Assembly (NCBI RefSeq): GCF_009914755.1 | Contig: NC_060946.1 | Source of the DNA: the human T2T-CHM13v2.0 reference genome, Homo sapiens | DNA: 64,000 bases | Reading direction: 5' to 3' (one strand) | In this document: positions 31,621 through 51,360 of the stretch, piece after piece | Layout: each line of letters starts with the position of its first letter | Position numbering within the stretch: the stretch's first letter is position 1 | Position numbers and translations under genes: made by a program | Notes under the pieces: generated by a model | The model's database searches: none | What the model was told of the DNA's origin: nothing | The model's input: the letters and a program-made list of their open reading frames with translations, nothing else

Positions 31621-31789
31621 TAAACCAATATTGTACTGTTAACCCTGTTTTGCAGATTATGGAACTAAGACTCAGAAAGTTTAAGTAGCAGACCCAGTAA
31701 GCAAAAGAACAAGGCTCGGATGGGGGTTTTGGTGGGTTTGTCTGACCCACCCCGAATTCATGCTTTTAATATGTCAAGTTTTTTCTTCT

Positions 31790-34947
<3,158 letters not shown>

Positions 34948-35924
34948 TTACCCTAAAACCTTATCAAGAGGATTGATAAAATATAACAGGTGTAAAGTCC
35001 TGCCATGATCCCTGGCACATAGTAGGTACACAACAAATGGCTCTTGATACCATCATCGTTGTGACTGTCACTCTTCTCCGCCCAGGCCCAATCCCAGTTG
35101 GTAGACCCTTATGTCAAGGGCTTGGCAAAGTTCTATGACCTCTACTCTCCAAGCTGGCCTGCAACTCTGCAGGCAGTTAGGTCTGTTCACCTCACTCCAG
35201 AGAAGTCGGCCTGCATCCTAGAGGCTGTGAAACCCAGGCAAAAAGAAGCTCTGCTCAAAAGAGCTCTTCCGTTAAACATAATCTCATAGAAAGATATTTA
35301 TTCACGTGGAAAGATGTTCATGAAAAAAATAGCTGTATTGCTCCAATTAAAAAAGAAGTATGTGTGAGTGCGTATGGGTTTCTTTGTATATATTTATAGA
35401 AAAAATACTGGAAAATATATTAGTCAATGTTCTTAGTATTTATCCTGGAAGAAGATGGGATTAGGATGCTGGTTATTTTCTTCTTTTATATATATATATA
35501 TATATCTCACATATGTGTATGCTGGGGGAGAGGGAAAGTGAGAGTGAGAGGGAGAGAGAGAAATATTTTCATCTAACAGTTGACACCAGAATCCCTGGTA
35601 GGGAAAATACCACTATGAGATGCTGGGAGACAGGAGAGAGTATGAGGAAGTCTCCGGCCACGTGCAAAACCGTGGCTGACAGAAACTCCCCAGGATGGGG
35701 AAGCTGAAAGCCCTTTGAGAACCATCACATTCCACTTGGAACTGTTGGCACTGCCCCACAGGGACATTTCCTTGGCCTCGCTGCCACCCGCCCCATCCTC
35801 AGCAGACAAGGCTGTATCCTGGGCGTCCTCTGTGTGGTGTTCTGTGGCGTTATTAGGGTGAGTCAATGTTGTGGGAACAGAAACGACAGCACGTACGAGC
35901 AGAACCCAAGCACCATCGCAGCCA

Positions 35925-35969
35925 GGGGGCGTGCACCTGGGGGGCGTGCACCTGGGGAGCGTGCACCTG
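35925..35969. repeat. 15-bp tandem repeat x3
   Basis: gggggcgtgcacctg / gggggcgtgcacctg / gggagcgtgcacctg. Confidence 0.9.
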
Positions 35970-36860
35970 GGAACCTGCAGGGCCCCAGAAGGGCTGTGTG
36001 CCTTCCAGGCGTGGAGTGGGGAGCCCACCTGGCGGTGCCAGATCTCACGAGATGGGGACCCCAGCTGGCACTGGGTGGCATTTCTTCTTCCCTTGCTCTA
36101 CTTGGAGCATATGTTGTTCGTGGAGCCGAAAGGAACGTAGCAAAAAGAGTGTTCCCAGCCCTCCCCGGCCCCAGCCGCTGGGCAGAGGGCTGCATGCTGG
36201 CTGGCTGGCCAGGCTGGGGCAGCCTGGCCTCCTCGGCCCCTACGCTGCACCCACCTTCCACTTCCTGGAGATGCACCCACATCTCCAGGAAAATTGTTTC
36301 AGAAAATGCCTACAACACAGCAGAGAGTGGAACAAACAGGGTCCCAACGCATGTCTGCGCTGTGATTGTGACCATGTAAGATAATATCTGCATGTGCCAG
36401 GAGGGGAGAGAGCAAATCATTACAAATCACTGATGTGTTAAGGGCGTGGGATGGCGCCTGACCTCTTCCTCTTTTTGTGATTTTTGTTGTTTATACAATA
36501 AAAACAGGAGGAAGTGGTAAGAGCTGTTTGGTCAGATGAAGGAGCTTTCTTCATTCTTCGCCAACTTGTGCCGTCACTACCCCTTGTCCCAGAATGAGGA
36601 TCCATGCCAAGGAGGGGAACAGGGCATGGGGGGCACCTGACATTCGTATGCCTTCCAGGAGCCCTGCACGTGTCATCTCTTTTCAGCTTCAGAGAAATTC
36701 CATGAGGTAAGAATTGTTATCCCCATTTTATAGATGAGGAACTTGAGGCTAGGAGAGTCCACACAGCTGGTACAAGACTGAGCCAGACAGACCCTGGTAC
36801 AAGACAGACTCTGCCTAAGGCCTGAAAGAGGTGGAGGGAGCCGGGGGCCCCGGGACTCAC

Positions 36861-36959
36861 TGTGTAGACAGATTCTGAAGGATGCTGCTTGGGGCTGCTG
36901 GCAGATCTTGGATCTGGGCACTTCCTGGTGGGGTCCTTCCCTGGACCCCGCATCCGCTT
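36861..36959 (-). CDS. NFAM1: NFAM1 coding exon 4 (99 nt, phase 0-0), cytoplasmic, first ITAM tyrosine
   Basis: KRMRGPGKDPTRKCPDPRSASSPKQHPSESVYT; acceptor CCCTACAG|AAG, donor ACA|GTGAGT. Confidence 0.96.
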
Positions 36960-37188
36960 CTGTAGGGAGAAAGGAGTCAGGGCCAGGGATGAGTGGCTCT
37001 CGTCTTCCTCCCCGCACAGACCCCCCAGGGGAAAGGATGGCAGATTGTCATGAGGTCACACAGAGATTCATCACTCAGTCCCTCCCACTCACCCTCTCCA
37101 GGGAAACATGGCAAATGCCTACAAGACCTGCATCAAGCCATTCCTGCACCTGGAGACACAGGAAATGGAAAAGGCCCACACGAGGTGA

Positions 37189-37714
<526 letters not shown>

Positions 37715-38073
37715 CATGGGTCTTGGTTTCTTCAGCAATAACCCTCTTTTGTGAGACTGATGCAAAGTTACAATGAGGGCACAAGGAGTAGGTGCCTGGT
37801 GCTTAGGAGGTGCTGCTTAGAAGGCCCTTGCTCAACCAACACACACTTGATAGCACTGGCAAGCCAGGCAGTGTGAGGAGGTGGGCACCGTCCCTACCCT
37901 CCTGGAGTTTAGGGACCAGTGAAGAGATGGAGGATGAACCAGTGGTTTTGCCGAAACATGGTATGTGGGTTGATTGCCAGGCACAGAGCCTCTGGCACAT
38001 GAGGAGGAAACCAATGCCCCACTGGGCAGAAGCGATATTGAAGGTGAAATCCTGAGGGCAAGAAGTTCATTTA

Positions 38074-38644
<571 letters not shown>

Positions 38645-39328
38645 TCACAGTGGAGGCTGGGCCGGGCCTGCTGGGAAGGTGAAGGCTGGGGAGTCACGAG
38701 GCGGTACAGGCAGCCCTCTGGAGGCAGAGGGAGGTGGCCTGGACATCCCCCCTCATTGCAGGCACCACACGGCCACTGCTGACAGTGGAGCCACAACTGC
38801 CTCATCTCAGGGCAGAAGCTAATTAAAAACCCTGGCCTCCTGCCAAACCCCAGCCCATTTACTGCGGGATTAGCTGCTGAGAGCTACTTAACTCGCAGGC
38901 AGAAGCCGGCGCCACCCCCAGTCACAGCACATAATGGCTCAGAGCATGGAGCCAGGTAGGGTTCTCAACACCTGACCTGCCTTCTCTCACGCGCCCTCCA
39001 CAAACCGCAGGTGAATCTTTCCATCCTCTCTGTTCTGTACATGAGGGAGTGAAGGCTCAGAGAAGGCAGGTGACTTGCCGAGGCCACGCAGCCAGGAAGT
39101 GGCAGAGGCAAGATTTGAATCCAGGTCTGTGTTTCACCAAGATATTGACGAGACAGGAGCTGGAGTTTTGACTCCTCTGCTTAGTTAGAACGTGTGAGCC
39201 TCACAGACACAGAGCAGTGCTGGCGTCTGTGTAGCACTTGACAGTTTACGAAGTCTGCTGGGACTTGTCCTTATTTTCATTTAATTCTCATAACAGCCAG
39301 AGGAGGTGGGCATGGAATTGCCCGTTTA

Positions 39329-39641
<313 letters not shown>

Positions 39642-41833
39642 CAGGAGGGGGAAGCTGAGGCTTGTCCAGCTGGTAAAAGGCTGTCCTTGGATCAAACCCA
39701 GATGTGTGTCCTCAAATCCAGGGCTGCCTCCCCTGCACCACCTGCTTCTTGAGGGCACCGTCACAGTCAGAGGTAGTGGTCTGCCCCAGTGCACCTCAGT
39801 GCCTCCTCTTGTCAAGGCAGCTGGGGACCTAGTGTCTGTCTCTTCGCTGAGCTGGCCGACCTGGACACCACCAGGGCTGAGGATGTGAGCTCATGGGCAG
39901 TGGGTCTCCCACGAGGCTGACCTGGGCTCAGCTCTTTGGACCTGCCGGGGCTGGAAAGCAAGGTCCCTGGAGCTCAGTTAGCTCTTGGTGTCCCTCCCTG
40001 GCCCTCCTACGCGCTGGGCCTGGGCTGGGCATGGAAGACCCTGTGGTGAACAAGACCCACGCCTGGCCTCGAGGCTCTGTCAGTGAGACTGATGGGGTTG
40101 CCAGAGAAGTGAGTGCCACTGGGGATCCCAAGAAGGGGCCCCAAGTCTGCAGGGGACTGAAGCAGACGTCTCAGGGCCATCTTGCGCTGTCTTCTGAAGA
40201 CACGGGAGGAACTTCAAAGCTCTCCCAGTCTAAGAAGGTATCTTAGACATTGCGAACAGCTCGGGGGCAGGAGTGTCATGGATGCACAGAAGAATGGACA
40301 GTTAGACAGAAAGGAGGAGATGAGCCACAGGCTGGCACGGGTGGGGCCACGAAAGGCCAAATGCCATGGTGTCTACCCGAAGGGCAGTGGGGGCCACCAG
40401 GGAAGTGGCTGCAGTTGCATTGTATAAACCTCCCTCTGCTGCCACAGATGCGGGGTGGACTGTAGGTTGGGGCTGGCAAGGGGAGGAGGCAGGATCTCCA
40501 GGAGAGAGGCCTCCTGGGGGTGCTGGGGAGGCTGGGCCGGGGCAAGGGGTCCCGTGGAGGAGGGAGGGAGCCTTCTTGAAAACTCACATTACATTATGGG
40601 GGTGGGGCTGCTTTGCTCCCTGCCCATCCCTGCCCACTGAGCGCTCTGTCCTCGGGGCCAACATTTGCCTTTCAACTGTGATTTTCAGATGAATCACGAG
40701 TGTGGCTTCTCCCAACACGCCCAGCTCTCTGTGGTCCAAGTCTCCCCTCCCTAGTAGATGGTGGTGGGACAGGGAGTCACCAGGCCTGGGCTGAGATCCA
40801 GCTGTGCACACCAGGGGTGCTGCCATCAGCAGCTCAGGAAGCCTGTTGGGCCTCAGCTTCCTGCTCTGTAAAATGGGAGCAATAATGTGGCCTTGCCCAC
40901 CTCACATCCTGGCCACTTCTGCCTTATCTTCCAGGTCCTCGCATGCATTTATCCTGTCATTCCTTCCACAAGCATGCACTGCGTGCCAGGCTCCCCCAGG
41001 TGCTGGGGACACTAAGTCCCCCGCCTACAGGGGCTATGCTATGGCAGGACAGACAGCATAAAGACAGACGCCAGGTTGTGACAGAAGCCAGGGTGTGGCA
41101 GCAGAGACCTATATTCCAGGAGAGGGTGATGGAGCCCAGCCTGGGACGCCTAGGAAGCCCCGGGGAAGGGGCTGGATCCGGGACAGACTGAGTGCAGGGC
41201 TTGCTGAGGGATGGATGTGGGGAGAGAGAAGAGCCGAGCACAACTCCAAGGCTTGGGCCTGAGCATCTGGAGCACGTGTGCTGGGACGCAGAGGACTCGG
41301 GGACTGAGCACTGCTCTGGACGCATGAGGTGGCGGCACCCTCAGGCCCCCACGTGGGGCTGTGGACCATGGTCTGGAGCTTGGGGAGGGGTCTGAGCAGC
41401 AGCATCTGTGGACAGGGAATGCCACCCGCAGAGCAGAAACTTTGCTGCAGGAGCACACACAGAGCGCGGAAGGGCTCGGAGGAAGGGGCCCGGGATGTGC
41501 CAGAATTTAGAGGTCACCAAGAGGGGGGTGACCCAGCAAAGCTGCCTATGGGGTGGGACAGAACAAGGAGGGCATGTTGTCCTGGTACCAAGAGGCGGAG
41601 TGTGCTGTGAGGCGGGAGGCCTGCTGTGCCCAATGCCATGAGAGGATGAGGATGAGGACGGGCCAGCCGCAGGGAGCGCCTGCTCTGGGAACACCACTTT
41701 GACCCCTCAAGTCAGGCAGGAGCCCCCAAACCTACTCTCATGGCAGGAATCATGGCGATTGCTGCCTTCTCAAGAGAGAGACCTCTCCTGGTACTCAAAG
41801 CGCCTCAGACCCACACCGGTCCCTCTGTGCCTT

Positions 41834-42620
41834 CTTTTTTTTTTTTTTTTTTTTTTGAGATGGAGTTTTGCTCTGTCACCCAGGCTGGAGTGCAGTAGCG
41901 CAATCCAGGCTCACTGCATCCTCCGCCTCCCAGGTTTAAGCAATTCTCTGCCTCAGCCTCCCGAGTAACTGGGATTACAGGAGCCTACCACCATGCCCGG
42001 CTAATTTTTTTTTTGTATTTTTAGTAGAGACAGGGTTTCACCATCTTGGCCAGGCTGATCTTGAACTCCTGACCTTGTGACCACCCACCTCGGACTCCCA
42101 AAGTGTTGGGATTATAGTCGTGAGCCACCACGCCCGGCCCCCTCTGTGCCTTCTACAACCCCATGACACAGCTCCTCTGTTTGGCATCCCCACTGGGGAA
42201 ACCGAAGCCTGGAGCACCCAGCTCAAGCTCGCAGAGGTTGGTAAGTGGCAGAGCTGGAACTGAACGAAGGCCCAACTCTGTGCTTTTAAGCCCCCTGCTG
42301 ATTTCTACTTCCTTTCTTCCTGAACAGGTCATGACAGCATAACAGCTGATCTCCCCAGCTAAGAGTTTAGCTTGCTGTGTTCCCAGCCTCTGTACAGGGC
42401 CTGACACATAGTAGGTGCTCAGCTCTGTCGCCCAGGCTGGAGTGCAGTGGTGCAATCTCGGCTCATTGCAACCTCCGCCTCTCGGCTAATTTGTATTTTT
42501 AGTACAGGTGGGGGTTTGCCATGTTGGCCAGGCTGGTCTTGAACTCCCGACCTCAGGTGATCAGCCAACCTGAGCCTCCCAAAGTGCTGGGATTATAGGC
42601 GTGAGCCACTGTACCCAGCC
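41834..42620 (-). mobile_element. Alu (41834-42138) and deleted Alu (42422-42620)
   Basis: The first is flanked by TSD ccctctgtgccttct. Confidence 0.88.
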
Positions 42621-43630
42621 TGAATGAATGAATTTAATGACAGGTGTGAAAGGGCCCTATAAATGGTAAGCCCTTCAGCAAATGTTTATTGAGGGCCTAC
42701 TATGTCAGGGGACCTGTGCTAGAGGCTGGGGCTTGGGCAGGGAACAGGCCGAGAGGCACCCGGCCTCACACAGCTGGCCTTGACGAAGAGATGGAGTAAG
42801 CTCAGGGGACCTACAGATGACGAGGGCAGAGGCAAAAGAGGTGTCAGGGAAGAAAGCCATGGTGTCAGAGAGGGCCTCTCTGAGCTGGGTACATGGGAGC
42901 TGGATCCAGAAAGCAAAGAAGGAGATCTCTGGGAGGGATCCCAGGTGCCGAAATACAGAGAACAAGGAGGGCCTGGGAAGCCTCTGCTGTTGAAGGGCCT
43001 GCGGGCAGGGCTGACTGTGCCACCTGTGGGTCATCCATTCCTGGGCTCTACCCCCATCCCTCCTGCCCCAGCCCCTCCGGGCAGACTTCATGCATCACCA
43101 GTTCTTACCACCCTCCAGCTCCCATCTTCCCGGGGGTGTGAGCTCCGTGCCCTCCCTGCTGGCCTTTGCAGAAGTCAGGTGCAGGCATTGCCCCGGGAGG
43201 CAATGCCATTCTTCCAGACTTGCCCCAGTGGAGTCGCACACTCTGCTCTTTGTCCTCACTGTCCCCAAAGCTGCCAACCGCGGTTCGGGTCCACCCTCTG
43301 CCACTTCTGGTTGGTAGTTTCCAGCTTCAATTCATTTATCCACCACTGCAGGTGCTCCCGGGTCCTCTGTGCCTGGAGGGAGCCTCTTTCTCCTGGACTC
43401 TCTCCTTACCCCATCCTGCCGCTGCCATCAGGGGCATCCACAGCGAACCAGGGGCTCCCAGGGCTGCTTTAGCAATGCAAACGCAGCAGCTGCTCTGGCC
43501 TCCGGGTTCTCTTTCCCTTCCAGCCCAGGCTCTCACATCAGCCGTTCTCCCCAGGTACAGAGGGTGTGTGGGCAGCAGAAAGCTTCTGCTGTGTGTCAGG
43601 CACCCAACTGGTGCTTCAGAAGTGCTCTCC

Positions 43631-43875
43631 TGCAGATCTCCTGATGTCAGGAGTTTGAGACCAGCCTGGCCAACATGGTGAAACCCAGTCTCTACTAAAA
43701 ATACAAAATTAGCCAGGCGTGGTATCGCACGTCTGTAATCCCAGCTACTTGGGAGGCTGAGGCAGGAGAATCACTTGAATCTGAGAGGCGGAGGTGCAGT
43801 GAGTCAAGGTCGCACCATTGTACTCCAGCCTAGGCAAAGAGTAAAACTCCATCTCAAAAAAAAAAAAAAAAAAAA
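43631..43875 (+). mobile_element. 5'-truncated Alu
   Basis: TSD aagtgctctcct at ~43620 and ~43874. Confidence 0.88.
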
Positions 43876-45649
43876 GTGCTCTCCTTCCATGTTCACTTAG
43901 TGGGCAGGGTCTACCCTCCTTATCCCATTTCCAGAGGAGGAAACTGAGGCTCAGAGAGGATCCAAACCTGACAAGAGGGCTTGCTTTCACCCTGTTGGCA
44001 CTTAGCCTAGTGATGGCACACACGAGACACTTTGCAGACATTCCTGGAAGCACAGGCAGGGTGGTGAGAGGAGGAAGAGGAAGGCAGGAGTCACTGAGGC
44101 CATCCTGGAGGGGAGGGAGCAGGGACCAGAACTCAAGCCCAGGGCTCTGAGCTTTGTCCCCTCCTTTACTAATACTGTGATCCAGTTTCTACGGTCCGGT
44201 CCCATCTTTGTAGGGCAGGAGCTGACGTTGCTCAGCAAATGGGGGGCTCAAGGTTAAGATCTCGCCTGGCCCCGTTCTGTTCCTTGCCTACTGTGTTTCG
44301 TGTACACAGAGGGCACTTGTGTGGGTCACTCCTGTAAGCCTGGGTGGGGGTCCGCAGGCGGGGGGAGTCCCTTGTCACCTGTGCCTGAAGCCCAGTTTCT
44401 GTGTCCACGCCCCAGCTCCTCCCCTGGCCTCATTTCGAGTGCCTGGGGACTGCTCGGTAGTGAACAAATCGAGAGATACCCTACTTGCTATCATCATGGG
44501 AAAAGCCGAAGCAGGGAGGGAGGGCATATATTGAGGGCGAGAGTCGGGGGCGTGCAAGAAAGGCCCAGGCCGGGCACATGGCAGGTGCATACTCGTGCTG
44601 GCTTGGGGAGGGAGGCAGCCTGAAGCCAGTGGGTCTCCATCCTAACCCTGGGCTCATGAAAGCTGAAGGAAGTGTTTCCCACCCATCTCGGGTCTTCTTG
44701 GCTCAGCTCATCCCTCTGGCTGGGCTGGAGTCAAGGCGGAGCACAGAGCCCTCCTGGACTTCACAGTGGTACCCAAGGCCTGCGACTCACTTCACCCTGA
44801 AGCTCATTAACAGGGCAAGGTCAAAGTAGGACCATTCGCGCCAGTGTCAGACCCATGGGAAGGAGGGGAGCCAGCATCGTGGCTGAGGCCCTGACCCAGA
44901 CGTTGGCTCACAGAAGGCAGGAAATGCAGCCCCTGGGGCTCCCGGGGGTGAAAGGCGCCAAGCTCATGCTTTTTTCGTACCTCAGAGCCTTCTTGGAAAA
45001 GCGATGACATCCCCAGCCTCAAGACAAGGATGGGAAACTAAGGCACGGGCTCCAGACCCAGGCCTGCCACTTGCTCTGGCTCAGGCACGCTCTGACCTTC
45101 AGCTTCCTCGCCTGCTCTTCCAAATACCCCCCGGCTCGCGCCTCACCCCCCGAGGGAGCAGAGCAAACCACTTGCGCGAGTCCCTTTGGGTCCGCTTCCA
45201 GCCTTTCATCTGCTTTGCTCACCACTTCCCTGAGGCCACCCTGATCCCGGCTCCTGTCATCTCTGCCTGGACTTTGCAGTAGCTCCTCACTGGGTGTCCC
45301 TCACTCAGACAGAGGGTCCATCAGAATCTAGGTCTGATCTCACCCCCTTCCTTGTATCACATAGAGTAAGGGCTAAAGTCCTTTCAATGCCCCCTACCTG
45401 GCTGCATCTCCTTCCACTTCCCATCCGTCTACTCTCTGTGAGCTCAGGCTACACCAGCCACATGGGCCCCCATGCAGCTCCTGGGACACCCCATGCCCGC
45501 TTCTGCCTCAGAGCACCTGCATCCACTATTCTCCCACTGGCACGCCCAGCCCTGATGTGCACCTGCCTCCCTCATTCCAGGTGCTTCTCCATTCCCATGC
45601 CGACCTCCCTTCACATTGCTGAGTTTCCCCCAATAATTATCCCATCTGA

Positions 45650-47170
<1,521 letters not shown>

Positions 47171-47919
47171 TGATTTCAGTTTGGTCATTGCTGTATCCCT
47201 GGTGCCTAGAACAGGGCCTGGAATGTAGGTTTTCAGTGTTTGTTGAATGAATGAACACATAAATTCCCGTGGAAGAGAGCTCTTCTCTGGGTGTGGGTAG
47301 GGTCTTGGCCTTCAGATGCAGGGGCTGAGCCTTTTTTGACCCAGGGAGACCCCAATGATGGTGCCAGTGTTCACGCCTCACACCCAGGGCTGTTGCTGAC
47401 TCAGCTGCCCCCAGGCTTGGCCCCGAAGGTCCCCGGAGGGTGGAGCAGTAGCCTGAGCTGCTAACAGCAGCCTCTGACGAGCCCTGACCCATCAGCTTTG
47501 CACCCCTGAGCCTGGGAGAACCTGGTACCCGCTGGGCACTGCATCCTTTCACTCAGCATGCTGTCTGAGCACCACCATGTGCTGGGCAAGGAGCCCCTGA
47601 ACAAGACTGCCTCGGCCTCTGGCCTCCTGGCACTTGCTGCCAGGCAGGGAGGGTGGGCCAGCATCGAACAGGAATCCATAGGGCTGGGTGATGATGAGCA
47701 TGAGGGGAGCCCCAGCAGAGAGGTTCCCTCCCCAGGCAGGTGCCACCCACAGTGTGAGCAGGAGCCGTCCAGGTGAGGAAATGGACCAAGCCACCCCATC
47801 CTGCACTCTAGCCCTGACTGCAGTACACTTACTATGCGACCCTGGGCAAATCACAACGTCTCTGAGCCTGACCTTCCAGAGCTGTGAAATGGGAAAAAAC
47901 CTCGTCATGGAGCTATGCT

Positions 47920-48007
47920 GGAGGGTGTTTGGGAGGGTGTGTGGGAGGGTGTGTGGGAGGGTTGCTGGAGGGCGTGCGAGAGGGCGAGTGGGAGGGTGTG
48001 TGGGAGA
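47920..48007. repeat. 12-bp degenerate tandem repeat (ggagggtgtgtg)
   Basis: About seven copies. Confidence 0.85.
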
Positions 48008-48395
48008 GCACCTGTGTGAGTGGCTGGTAGCCCCTTCATCCCTTCCAGCCTGCTGGGATCAAGAAAACCTGAGCAGGGATTCCCTAATCTGGGGAGCTAG
48101 AAATGGTAGGCAGGAGGGCCTGCAGCCTCTCCCAGGTTCTCAGAGGGACATGGGACCTGGGAAAGCCTGCAGAGCCCTGGTTTCTTGCAACAAGATCAAA
48201 AGGCACCCCATGGCAGCACAGGGAGTGGCACAGGAGGGATGCCCCCAGCCCTGGTGCAAGGGGCCACGAGGGCCACCTGTTACAGATGTGGATGTGCCCT
48301 CACCAGGGCCCACCAAACGCCCTGCAGAGGGCAGGCGGGCAGCCGGTGGCGTGTCGGGTGGAGGGGCTGCATGGCTGTGAGCACTGATCCCGTAC

Positions 48396-48508
48396 CTTGT
48401 TCCAGAGCAGCAGGGCCGTGCCCACTACACTCAGGACACTCAGGAGGCCGGTGAAGCCAAAGAGCAGGAGCTTCTGTGGACTCTGCGGGGGCTCTCGGTA
48501 CCCTGCGT
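48396..48508 (-). CDS. NFAM1: NFAM1 coding exon 3 (113 nt, phase 1-0), stalk and transmembrane helix
   Basis: (D)AGYREPPQSPQKLLLFGFTGLLSVLSVVGTALLLWNK; acceptor CTAG|AC, donor AAG|GTACGG; phase matches exon 2. Confidence 0.96.
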
Positions 48509-49338
48509 CTAGGAGGAAGCGCAGGGGAGCAGAGGGGTCAGTGACCCAGGAGAAAGCGGGGCACACACACCTGATGTTCTCCCTCACTCAGGACCCTGTT
48601 TTCAATGCTACCCCGCCAACACGCTCCACACCCCACTAGGCCCCCTGGGAGCCAGGGTTCGGGCCTTCATTGTCCCCTCACTCCTTTTCATGCTCACTGC
48701 CTTGCTTCTCTGTAAGGACAGGGGCCATTTGCTCTTCCGGTGCCCCTGCCCCCGTGACCTGGCTCCCCTGTGGGCTGCTTGTAGGGCCCTGAGCGAGATG
48801 TCTCCCCTCTCGGGGCCTCTTCTTTTCCCTGTGTGAGGTGGTGATAATACGGGTGGATGTGGCTAGGGCTGAAGGAGGCGGATTTATCCTGGGACTGACA
48901 GGGGGCTGCACCCAGGCTAGGTGAGGCCCAGCCCTCCTACCCCATGCCATCCCCAGTCCCTCCTGCTGGCATCCAGTCCTCCTTCCCCTCACCCCATCCA
49001 TCCATCCGACTGGCAAAAACACACGGAGTGCCAACCACATGCCAGGCACATGAGCATGATTTCCCCAGCACTGCCTATTGTCAGCCACCAGCCCATATGG
49101 GCACCATCTCCTTCAACCTCATCCAAGTCCTTGGAAGGCAGAGGATCGCCATGAAGACCAGGCCCAAGATCACATCGGGCAAGCAGCAGGACAGAGGTTC
49201 AAACCCAGGTCTATGGGATTCCGAAGCCCCCAGCTCCTTCCAGGGGATCGCAGAGGTAGGTCAGAGAATCAGGGCTTTGGTGATGGGCTCACTCATAACT
49301 TTTGGGATCATCACTCCTTTGAGAATGTGATGAAAACT

Positions 49339-49634
49339 GGCTGGGTGTGCTGGCTCATGCCTGTAATCCCAACACTCTTGGAGGCTGAGGTGGGCGGATC
49401 ACTTGAGGTCAGGATTCGAGACCAGCCTGGCCAACATGGCGAAATCTTGTCTCTATTAAAAATACAAAAAGTAGCCAGGTGTGGTGGTGGACATCTGTAA
49501 TCCCAGGTACTTGGGAGGCTGAGGCATGAGAATCGCTTGAACCCAGGAGGCAGAGATTGCAGTGAGCCAAGATTGGGCCAGTGCACTTCAGCCTGGGTGA
49601 CAGAGCGAGACTCTGTCTCAAAAAAAAAAAAAAA
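49339..49634 (+). mobile_element. Alu in NFAM1 intron 2
   Basis: Full sense Alu. Confidence 0.92.
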
Positions 49635-49966
49635 GAGAGAGCATGATGAAAACTAAAGATCTGTCTCTGGAAAGGTGTATTATACATGAGCCAAGTGCTC
49701 ACATACACGAGGCCCCCACAAATACATACATGCACATACCTAGTTCTGCAGAAGTTCCCCCACCATGATGCCCATGGCACACTGAGACCAAGGGCCCAAG
49801 GGAGCTCTTTTAGGTCACCTGCCAGCGGCGTTCAGGAGCAGATCTGCATGCCCGGCCCTGCCCTTTCCACACCCAGATGGAGCCCTGGCACAGCCGTAGG
49901 CCGGGGCTCCCTGAAGTGGGTCTGCCTGCTTTGCCAATGCTGGTAGACAAGGCAAACCATTCTCTA

Positions 49967-49970
<4 letters not shown>

Positions 49971-49997
<27 letters not shown>

Positions 49998-50278
49998 TTT
50001 TTGAGATGGAGTTTTGCTCTTGTCACCCAGGCTGGAGTGCAATGGTGCGATCTAGGCTCACTGCAACTTCCCATCCTGGGTTCAAGAAATTCTTATGCCT
50101 CAGCCTCCTGAGTAGCTGGGATTACAGGCACCTGCCACCATGCCCAGCTAATTTTTGTGTTTTTAGTAGAGACGGGGTTTCACCATGTTGGCCAGGCTGG
50201 TCTCGAATCCCTGACCTCAGGTGATCCACCCGCCTCAGCCTCCCAAAGTGCTGGGATGTGTGAGCCACTGCGCCTGGC
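49971..50278 (-). mobile_element. Alu in NFAM1 intron 2, next to the exon 2 donor
   Basis: TSD ccattctctatttc at 49957 and 50280. Confidence 0.92.
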
Positions 50279-50367
50279 CCCATTCTCTATTTCCGATCCA
50301 AAGTCCCAAACTGCCATTTGAAACCTCTGTGTCCTTTGCCCTGGAAGAGCCACAGAGGAAGCCTTAC

Positions 50368-50697
50368 CTCTGACCAGGATGAAGGTGCCGCTGCCTCTCA
50401 CCGTGGAGTGTGGCCAGTGGACAGAGCAGTAGTAGGTGCCAGTGGCCGATGCTCCCGGCAGCACAAGGGTGACCTGGCAGTCCAGGGTGTGGCTCTGGTT
50501 CTCTGTGCCCAGTCCAGGGTGGCAGTTTGTTGGCTTCTTAGGGCTCCTCTGTCCCTGGAGATCTTCATGAAAGTAGCTGACTGTGAAAACCTTGAATTGG
50601 GGAGTGTATGGATAGGTGATCCTGCAGCTGAAGGAGATAGCTGTGTTGGCCAGGGAGGCCATGATGGGCAGGCCGGTGTGGGTCACTGACTGTCCTC
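50368..50697 (-). CDS. NFAM1: NFAM1 coding exon 2 (330 nt, phase 1-1), extracellular Ig-like domain
   Basis: Translates (G)GQSVTHTGLPIMASLANTAISFSCRITY...ATGTYYCSVHWPHSTVRGSGTFILVR with the Ig Cys pair (FSC, TYYC). Acceptor CCAG| at 50698/50697 after a pyrimidine tract; donor AG|GTAAGG at 50368/50367. Protein recognised as NFAM1. Confidence 0.97.
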
Positions 50698-50775
50698 CTG
50701 GAGGGGAAGCAAAGGGAGAGAGCAACAGGTCACTTGAGGCTGCCTCAGTCCCACCCACTTGCCTGTTAAGGCTCA

Positions 50776-51360
<585 letters not shown>

